This document shows, piece by piece, positions 52,362 to 57,956 of a stretch of 57,956 nucleotides of DNA. Position numbers and translations under genes: made by a program. Origin of the DNA: Candidatus Aenigmatarchaeota archaeon (GTDB taxonomy: Archaea; Aenigmatarchaeota; Aenigmatarchaeia; GW2011-AR5). The stretch spans positions 21,434-79,389 of the forward strand of contig JAGVVY010000030.1 of assembly GCA_018304585.1 (NCBI GenBank), given 5' to 3'. How positions within the stretch are numbered: the first letter of the stretch is position 1; each line of letters starts with the position of its first letter. A model generated the notes under the pieces. It did no database searches and was not told the origin of the DNA. It saw only the letters and a program-made list of their open reading frames with translations.

Positions 52362-53234
52362 TCACGCCGGCTTGTCCCTGCATTCGTTGCCTGACCATTC
52401 GCAGTTCGCCCGTGCCCATGCGCAGCCCGTGCACTTGTCGCTCCCGGAGTCGTCGAATACGGGAGTGTAGTCTGAGCACGTCTCGGTCACCGGGCATGCA
52501 AAGCACTGCCCCCCGGATTTAGCGCCAGCAAGGAATGACCTTTCATAGTAACATACATCGTAAGGCGGTTCTATGCTATTGCACTGCATTTCGTCCCTTG
52601 CATCCTCGCATACAACACTCCCAGCGCATGTTCCTTGCAGCATGAGGCCTATACTTGCAGAATTTAGGTAGCTCTCAGGGCATTGATCCAAAAGATAGGA
52701 CGAGTCCGCGATTTTATTTGTCCCTTCTTCCACTATGATATTTTCAGTTCCTATCTTCCTCTTTATGCAGTCGCTGTTTCTCCATGCCGTCAGCCGAACG
52801 AACGCGGTCCTGTCGTCTATCTCCTGCACTTCGTCATGGAGCTCTGCATAGAGATCTGCGGACAGAAAAGGCTCCCCTTCAAGCGAAAGGACGCGGTTTT
52901 TTTCCGCTTTCCATTCCGGCAGCTGCCCCAATACCATGAGATTTTTGCGTAATTCCGCCACGACTATGAAACTCAATTCCGGGTCCTTCTGCGTGGCAAA
53001 GCCGATGCCGGGAAGGCTGATGGCATAGTCATAACTGCCGCCCATGAGTTTGCAGGACAGAGGGGCGCGCTCAGGGAGTTTTTCTATTGTGAGAAGGCCC
53101 GGCTCGAACGTTTTTATATACCGTTCCGCTTCGGCTTCGGATTCATTCTTGTATTCGTTTATCACCATCATGATGACCATCATAGCCGTGAAAATTAGTA
53201 CAACCATGAGCAAAGTTCGTTTCATGTCTTCCAT
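52362..53234 (-). CDS. N-terminally anchored Cys-rich protein P10 (290 aa)
   Basis: MEDMKRTLLMVVLIFTAMMVIMMVI. C-terminal ~90 aa contain 14 Cys. Confidence 0.7.
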   Translation of the reverse strand: MEDMKRTLLMVVLIFTAMMVIMMVINEYKNESEAEAERYIKTFEPGLLTIEKLPERAPLSCKLMGGSYDYAISLPGIGFATQKDPELSFIVVAELRKNLMVLGQLPEWKAEKNRVLSLEGEPFLSADLYAELHDEVQEIDDRTAFVRLTAWRNSDCIKRKIGTENIIVEEGTNKIADSSYLLDQCPESYLNSASIGLMLQGTCAGSVVCEDARDEMQCNSIEPPYDVCYYERSFLAGAKSGGQCFACPVTETCSDYTPVFDDSGSDKCTGCAWARANCEWSGNECRDKPA

Positions 53235-54125
53235 TCAAGCCACCTCAAGGAGCCCTTTTTCCGCATCATACCGTCCCAGAAACGCGTTATAACATTCCGG
53301 GCGCGATATCAAATCGGCGTAAGTTATCGCATTTTCAACGCACGAGCCCGGGGTGCCCTTGTTCCAGAAGCTAATGTGCACGGTTTCTGATATCTCCCCG
53401 CCGCCTCCGCCCTTTACGATCATCTTTGTTTCAGCGCTTTTTCCGCAGTCGATTTTTCCCAGCGATATTTCGATTTCGCCATTGCACAGCCCGACAATCC
53501 TGTTGCATTCCGAAGGCAGATCGCCTTCTTTGCACTCCTTGAGCTGCACGGTCTTGGCGTCATTTTCGCATAAAATGTTGAAGAACGCTATGCATTCGCC
53601 TGCAATAAGGAATTTTTTCCTAAGTTCCGAAAGCTTAATCTGGTAGCTTCCCGTATCTTTCAGCACGACAGATTCTTCAGGAGCCATAATCCCTTCAAAT
53701 TCGTTTGACCGCAAATCGCGTATAGGAGGCTCGTTGCTGACTATATGCGCGGTCACAGTGCCCTTGAATTCGGCGCTTTCGGGCGTAAAGGTAAAATAGT
53801 CGTTGCCTGTTTCGCTGACAAGCATCTTAGCGCTTTTCCCTTTGAATTCTACGACAGGGACTGCATCAATTCTGGCTGCAGTTTCCTCGTTGATTTTGCG
53901 TGAATATTTTGCTATAATATCCATGGAAATCGAATATTCATGGCCTGAGCCTAATTTTCTGTAGGTTATGTCAGGTTCGGACGCAAATGCCACGACTATG
54001 TCGTTATCGCTGTTTGTATCTGCAGCGGCCTTCTTGACGTTGGAGGGAAAGATGTACAGCATCAGCATGAAAGCCACGAAAATGAGTATTACTGACAGAA
54101 TAACTTCCCTCGGGACGACAATCAT
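53235..54125 (-). CDS. N-terminally anchored protein P11 (296 aa)
   Basis: MIVVPREVILSVILIFVAFMLMLYIF. Its stop abuts the P10 ATG (TGAATG). Confidence 0.7.
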   Translation of the reverse strand: MIVVPREVILSVILIFVAFMLMLYIFPSNVKKAAADTNSDNDIVVAFASEPDITYRKLGSGHEYSISMDIIAKYSRKINEETAARIDAVPVVEFKGKSAKMLVSETGNDYFTFTPESAEFKGTVTAHIVSNEPPIRDLRSNEFEGIMAPEESVVLKDTGSYQIKLSELRKKFLIAGECIAFFNILCENDAKTVQLKECKEGDLPSECNRIVGLCNGEIEISLGKIDCGKSAETKMIVKGGGGGEISETVHISFWNKGTPGSCVENAITYADLISRPECYNAFLGRYDAEKGLLEVA

Positions 54126-54137
54126 ATATCATGCACT

Positions 54138-54287
54138 TCAGAACGGAATTCCTATGGCCGCGAGAAAGTTTGATTTATCAAGCGCTCCGGAAAGCACCAT
54201 GAATACTATCGCGGCGCCTACCAAAAAAATAATCAATACGGGCATCATCTCCATGACGAGCGAACTTATGCCCTTTTTGGCCGTCAT
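54138..54287 (-). CDS. 49-aa Flp/pilin-like micro-protein P12
   Basis: Hand-translated as MTAKKG|ISSLVMEMMPVLIIFLVGAAIVFMVLSGALDKSNFLAAIGIPF*: basic N-terminus, Gly, then a hydrophobic helix. Confidence 0.5.
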   Translation of the reverse strand: MTAKKGISSLVMEMMPVLIIFLVGAAIVFMVLSGALDKSNFLAAIGIPF

Positions 54288-54391
54288 AAGAACCTCCCGA
54301 ATATCCATCCCGCGATGCCCACAAGTATAAGCCCCGTTATAAGAAATATAAAGATTTTAAGAAGCAGGGTCATGTCAAAGGATGCTTTCAT
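54284..54391 (-). CDS. 35-aa single-TM micro-protein P13 (first gene of the array)
   Basis: MKASFDMTLLLKIFIFLITGLILVGIAGWIFGRFL*. ATGA overlap with P12. Confidence 0.45.
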   Translation of the reverse strand: MKASFDMTLLLKIFIFLITGLILVGIAGWIFGRFL

Positions 54392-54463
54392 GCTTATCTA
54401 TTGGCGTTAGAACGGATAAAGATTCCGCTGCAACCATTAAAACTTTCCCGTTCAAAGAAAACC

Positions 54464-54976
54464 ATGGTACTGCCACTCTTAGCACAGTCCCTCTGGTTCA
54501 TACTTCCGGCGTATTCCGCCAATGCGTTTCCCGTGATCGCCAAAGGCAAGCATCCCCTTGATATGGGGCGCACGTTCATGGGAAACCGTCTTCTGGGCGA
54601 CGGAAAGACGCTCGAAGGCTCGGTCACGGGCATCGCGTTCGGCACGCTCGCAGGGACGCTTCAAGTTTTTGCCCAGCCGTATATGCCGGCAAATTTCGTG
54701 TTCATGACGACAGAACTCGCTTTCGTGCTGAGCTTTGGCGCGATACTCGGGGACATAGTCGGCGCCTTCATCAAGAGGCGCATTGGCATACCGCGCGGAG
54801 GGTCGGCGCCGCTGCTTGACCAGCTGGATTTCCTTGCAATGGCCCTGCTTCTCAGCGCGCCGCTGCAGGCTCTGGACGGCTCCGTGTATGCGGCGTTGAT
54901 TATAATGACGCCTATAGTGCATCTTTCCGCCAACAGGCTTGGTCATTACCTGAAGCTGAAGGAAGTGCCGTGGTAA
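54464..54976 (+). CDS. carS: CDP-archaeol synthase
   Basis: LWFILPAYSANAFPV......PLD.G..F.G.R.LGDGKT.EG...G...G; GD..GAFIKRR.G..RG...PLLDQLDF. Start chosen at the internal ATG (MVLPLLAQ). Confidence 0.85.
   Translation: MVLPLLAQSLWFILPAYSANAFPVIAKGKHPLDMGRTFMGNRLLGDGKTLEGSVTGIAFGTLAGTLQVFAQPYMPANFVFMTTELAFVLSFGAILGDIVGAFIKRRIGIPRGGSAPLLDQLDFLAMALLLSAPLQALDGSVYAALIIMTPIVHLSANRLGHYLKLKEVPW
54947..54973. repeat. 27-bp exact direct repeat, copy 1 (3' end of carS)
   Basis: tacctgaagctgaaggaagtgccgtgg. The repeat extends to 32 bp with one mismatch, which turns TAA into CAA in copy 2. Confidence 0.9.
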
Positions 54977-55012
54977 GTTTCAATCGCCTTGCATGTGATT
55001 TCATTCATAAAA

Positions 55013-55039
55013 TACCTGAAGCTGAAGGAAGTGCCGTGG
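55013..55039. repeat. 27-bp exact direct repeat, copy 2 (intergenic, 66 bp downstream, in frame)
   Basis: Same 27-mer. Confidence 0.9.
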
Positions 55040-55043
55040 CAAG

Positions 55044-55529
55044 TCAGTGCAGCAGGCCTGCAACAGCGTCTATGCCCAGAACTGTCGCATATGCCAATAT
55101 CAGGTAGCGCATGACTTTTCCGGACAGCGTGGCGATAAAGAATTTCCTTGCGTCGTATTTTATCGCGCCGCAGAACAGCCCCATCACGTCAAAAGGCAGG
55201 GGCAGGGCGGAGAATGCGAATATGATCGCAACGCCGTTGTATCTGGCAAACCAGTTCTTCAGCCGTTCAAACCATGCGTTCAAGTCCTTTTTCGCCTTGC
55301 CTGAAAGCTTCCTGCCGCCAAGGCCGATGCCGTAGCTTGTCATCTCCCCGACGGCTGAGCCTGCGCCTGCCACGACGCCTACAAGGAAGGGATTGAGGGT
55401 AGTGGCAGCAATGGGAATTACGAGATATCCCGGCAGCGGAAGAAATATCGTGGCGCTGGATATGGCCGATACGAGGAAGAGCCCCAGATATCCGAATTGC
55501 TCAAGAAGCGCGAGCGCAAGGCCTTCCAT
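55044..55529 (-). CDS. DedA/SNARE-associated (VTT-domain) membrane protein
   Basis: FGYLGLFLVSAISSATIFLPLPG......A; ...F..R.......F.ALPLPFD......G......KF. Confidence 0.75.
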   Translation of the reverse strand: MEGLALALLEQFGYLGLFLVSAISSATIFLPLPGYLVIPIAATTLNPFLVGVVAGAGSAVGEMTSYGIGLGGRKLSGKAKKDLNAWFERLKNWFARYNGVAIIFAFSALPLPFDVMGLFCGAIKYDARKFFIATLSGKVMRYLILAYATVLGIDAVAGLLH

Positions 55530-55578
55530 TCGGATAATTTGCCGGCGAACTTAAAAAGGTTCTGCGATATTTAGGGTT

Positions 55579-56160
55579 ATGCTGGCAGGCAAAAGGGACA
55601 AATTCGCCTTCCTTGAAAAGGCCTTGGGGCCCGCGTTTTCGTTCCTGCCGGCAAACGCGTGGACTCTTATTGCGGTTCTCTTCTCCGCAGGCACGGCATA
55701 TTTTCTTGCCACGCAGCAGTTCCTCTATGCAGGCGCGGCCCTGTCGGTGACGGGCCTTCTTGACATGGTTGACGGCGCTGTCGCAAGAGCCACGAAAAAA
55801 GCCGGGCCGAAAGGAGCCTACCTGGATACGATTGCCGACAGATACGCGGAAGGGATAATAATATTCGGCCTTCTGCTGTCGGGTCTTCCTTCAATAGCCC
55901 TGCCTGCATACTACTGGATATTCATTTACTTCTTCGGTGGGTCTCTGACGACGTACGCTAAAGCGGCGTTCAAGGAAAAGACAGGCAAAGATTTAGGGGG
56001 CGGGCTTGTTGAAAGGGCAGAGAGGCTTGTTCTTCTTGCTATAGGCGTCTTCATGGCAGCTATTAATCCGGACTATCTCATGTATATTATCATGCTCCTT
56101 GCGGTTCTGACTAACCTGACAGCCGTTCAGAGGATAATGGCAGGGCTTAAAAATGTATAA
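55579..56160 (+). CDS. CDP-alcohol phosphatidyltransferase (archaetidyl-headgroup synthase family)
   Basis: DMVDGAVARATKKAGPKGAYLDTIADRYAE fits DGx2ARx8Gx3Dx3D. Confidence 0.85.
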   Translation: MLAGKRDKFAFLEKALGPAFSFLPANAWTLIAVLFSAGTAYFLATQQFLYAGAALSVTGLLDMVDGAVARATKKAGPKGAYLDTIADRYAEGIIIFGLLLSGLPSIALPAYYWIFIYFFGGSLTTYAKAAFKEKTGKDLGGGLVERAERLVLLAIGVFMAAINPDYLMYIIMLLAVLTNLTAVQRIMAGLKNV

Positions 56161-56497
56161 ACAAGTAATTATCATAAGAACAGACCTTAAAATGGGCAAA
56201 GGCAAACTAGCCGCCCAGTCTTCTCATGCATCTTATTCTTCAGCAAAAAAAGCGGCAAAGAAGATGCTGGATGCATGGGAGAATGAAGGCCAGAAAAAAA
56301 TAGTTCTCAAAGTTGCAAGCGAGAAAGAATTGCTTGACCTGGAAAAGAGATGCGCCAAAGCCGGAATTCCGTGCGCGTTGATCATGGATGCCGGCAAAAC
56401 CCAGCTTGAACCGGGTACTGTAACTGCTTTGGGAATAGGGCCTGAAAGGGATGATAAAATTGACCAAATCACAGGAAACCTTGCGTTACTTGGGTGA
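56153..56497 (+). CDS. pth2: Peptidyl-tRNA hydrolase, archaeal type
   Basis: KQVIIIRTDLKMGKGKLAAQSSHAS...W...GQKKIVLKV.SE.EL..L...A...G.P.ALI.DAG.TQ.EPGT.TALGIGP. Confidence 0.9.
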   Translation: MYKQVIIIRTDLKMGKGKLAAQSSHASYSSAKKAAKKMLDAWENEGQKKIVLKVASEKELLDLEKRCAKAGIPCALIMDAGKTQLEPGTVTALGIGPERDDKIDQITGNLALLG

Positions 56498-57413
56498 GTC
56501 GCCCGGAACAGGCGGACAGGTCAAAAGTCCTGAAGATTTTATCGTGGAAGAGATTGTCGAGCCGAAGTTCTTGCGCAAATATCGCATCTTAGGCGGCAAA
56601 GTGCAGCCCATAGAGGGAAGGTATACATTGGCAATAATGAGAAAGAAGCTCCTTACGACCGAGCAGGCCGTGAAAAGGCTGGCCTCGCATCTTAAGGCCG
56701 ACGTAGGCTATGCAGGCCTGAAAGACAAGTTCGCGGTCACTTCGCAATACGTGACATTCCCTTCAAATTACGAGCCGCTTCTTCAGACGTTCCATGACGA
56801 TTCCGTGAGCGTCGAAAAAATCGGGCGCACTGACCGGCAGATAAGCCCCGGCGACCTTTCAGGCAACCGGTTCACGATAACCCTGCACGGCGCAAAGCCG
56901 ACCAGGATACTGGAAGAGCTTCAGGCCTTCCCAAATTATTTCGGGCCGCAGCGTTTCGGCGCCGGCGGGAGGAACGCAGAGATAGGGCGGCTCATAGTGC
57001 GGAGGCGTTTTGACGAGGCGTTAAAAGAAATAAATGATATGTATAAAACGCGGTTCGCCGGCATAAGGAAGGTCGACAAGAAGCGCCTGAAGTTCTTTGT
57101 GCACGCATACCAGAGCCTTCTCTTCAACGAAATGCTTGCTTCGGGCAAGGCGGCAGTGATTCCGGGCTATTCGTTTGTGCCGCCGTTTGTAAGGAAAAAA
57201 GAGGGCGTTCAGGAACAGGACTTCAAGATACGGGAACTGTCCATGTCTTTTCGGGGAGGGTCAAGAGATCTGTTCGTCCAGCCGAACATAGAGCATTCGT
57301 ATGCAAACAAGAAGTTGACGCTCAAGTTCACGTTGCCCAAAGGCGCATACGCCACGTCAATACTGCGCGAGATAACAAAGAGCGGAGATTTCATACGCAG
57401 AACGAAGGATTGA
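56451..57413 (+). CDS. truD: tRNA pseudouridine synthase TruD/Pus7 family
   Basis: PEDFIVEEI, YAGLKDKFAVTSQYV (catalytic Asp), NYFGPQRFG. The 47-nt overlap with pth2 suggests the true start may lie further downstream. Confidence 0.85.
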   Translation: MIKLTKSQETLRYLGESPGTGGQVKSPEDFIVEEIVEPKFLRKYRILGGKVQPIEGRYTLAIMRKKLLTTEQAVKRLASHLKADVGYAGLKDKFAVTSQYVTFPSNYEPLLQTFHDDSVSVEKIGRTDRQISPGDLSGNRFTITLHGAKPTRILEELQAFPNYFGPQRFGAGGRNAEIGRLIVRRRFDEALKEINDMYKTRFAGIRKVDKKRLKFFVHAYQSLLFNEMLASGKAAVIPGYSFVPPFVRKKEGVQEQDFKIRELSMSFRGGSRDLFVQPNIEHSYANKKLTLKFTLPKGAYATSILREITKSGDFIRRTKD

Positions 57414-57558
57414 AACTTCGGGCAATGCCGTTGGATTCTTCGTCGCCGACAGCGCTTCGGGCCGTGGTATGGCGTGAACATCGCGTTATATTCAAAAACT
57501 TGCTGTGCCGTCAGGTAAAGGTTAAATAGGTGGGTCTGATACTTTAATCAGTGTTGTC

Positions 57559-57956
57559 ATGGAACTCCATATTCTATTGATATATATTCTGGCGTATGTA
57601 GGCCTTTTCACAACGTCTTTCTACGCGCTTAGCATGGCTTCGTATTACAGGAAAAAAGACAACCCGTCCGAAGCCGAAGACAAGAGCGTCAGCATCGTCA
57701 TTCCTGCGCACAACGAAGAGAAGGACATCGCAAAAACCATAAAATCCGCCATGGGGATAAATTATCCGAAGGGCAAACTGGAGGTCATAGTCGTGGACGA
57801 CGGCAGCACCGATTCCACGTATGCGATAGCCAAGTCCTTTCCAATAGCCGTTTTCACGAAAAAAAGGGGTGGCAAGGGCGCAGCGCTGAACTACGGCATC
57901 GGGCAAGCCAAAAATGAAATAATAATAACGATGGATGCCGACACCATAGCAGAGCC
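57559..57956 (+). CDS. Glycosyltransferase family 2, membrane-associated, 5' partial (runs off the window)
   Basis: Hand-translated as MELHILLIYILAYVGLFTTSFYALSMASYYRKKDNPSEAEDKSVSIVIPAHNEEKDIAKTIKSAMGINYPKGKLEVIVVDDGSTDSTYAIAKS...GKGAALNYGI..A..EIIITMDADT. Absent from the track because it has no stop in the window. Confidence 0.8.
   Translation, partial: MELHILLIYILAYVGLFTTSFYALSMASYYRKKDNPSEAEDKSVSIVIPAHNEEKDIAKTIKSAMGINYPKGKLEVIVVDDGSTDSTYAIAKSFPIAVFTKKRGGKGAALNYGIGQAKNEIIITMDADTIAE

Noticed and set aside
56451-56497. The 47-nt overlap of truD with pth2, considered as a programmed overlap.
   Set aside because: It is more simply explained by an over-extended truD start call. The conserved TruD N-terminal motif (PEDFIVEEI) begins ~25 codons in, and alternative starts cannot be ranked by eye.
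1-57956. CRISPR arrays, rRNA genes, transposases/IS elements and integrases.
   Set aside because: No regularly spaced direct repeats with unique spacers, no rRNA-like conserved stretches, and no DDE or tyrosine/serine recombinase motifs were seen in any long ORF.
1-57956. Genetic-code reassignment (TGA or TAG as sense) as an explanation for the split genes.
   Set aside because: TGA, TAA and TAG each terminate well-supported genes at the expected ends (TAA for tbp, TAG for the FlaJ-like half and hicB, TGA for the giant genes). The split genes require frame changes, not stop read-through.
1-57956. Systematic homopolymer sequencing error as the explanation for all frameshifts.
   Set aside because: Not fully excluded. 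However, conserved genes over ~25 kb (tbp, prs, gatD, gatE, fen, the MiaB-like gene, truD, the ATPase) are intact despite containing A/T runs. The breaks are confined to accessory genes, and two of them coincide with paralog identity-tract edges rather than homopolymers.

Overview
The window is archaeal. Markers are TBP, aEF-1beta, GatD/GatE, FEN-1, Pth2, TruD, CDP-archaeol synthase and a tRNA-Arg(GCG) with a canonical bulge-helix-bulge intron. GC is moderate. Ordinary housekeeping genes (prs, ITPase, aminotransferase, MiaB-like methylthiotransferase, IscA/ferredoxin, lipid-headgroup enzymes) are mixed with a large share of cell-surface and accessory genes, a content typical of small episymbiotic (DPANN-like) archaea; that assignment is inference only. 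Main accessory blocks: (i) A co-directional minus-strand array at 10.6-23.1 kb, in which a FlaI/PilB-like ATPase and a FlaJ/TadC-like platform are separated by a ~2000-aa secreted Cys/Thr-rich protein with an M64-type HEFGH metalloprotease site, Ig-like repeats and a beta-helix domain. A paralogous giant surface-protein gene lies at 1-4.4 kb. (ii) A 13-gene minus-strand operon at 46.6-54.4 kb encoding pilin-like or N-terminally anchored Cys-rich proteins, four of them 35-50 aa micro-ORFs absent from the ORF track. (iii) A cluster of five paralogous 4-TM membrane proteins with small wHTH/coiled-coil proteins at 25.1-28.9 kb. (iv) A partly low-GC operon at 28.9-33.6 kb (kinase-like, GT4, Tyr/Pro/Gly-rich protein, HExxH protein, glycine-zipper proteins). 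(v) VapBC and HicAB pairs and a decayed MNT-HEPN pair. Several accessory genes are frame-disrupted while all housekeeping genes are intact. In both giant genes the frame break sits at or within a few nt of the edge of a 100%-identity tract shared with a paralogous module. No rRNA, CRISPR array, transposase or integrase was seen. The ORF track renders GTG/TTG starts as M and omits ORFs that run off the window edges. All family calls come from motif recognition by eye; no searches were run.
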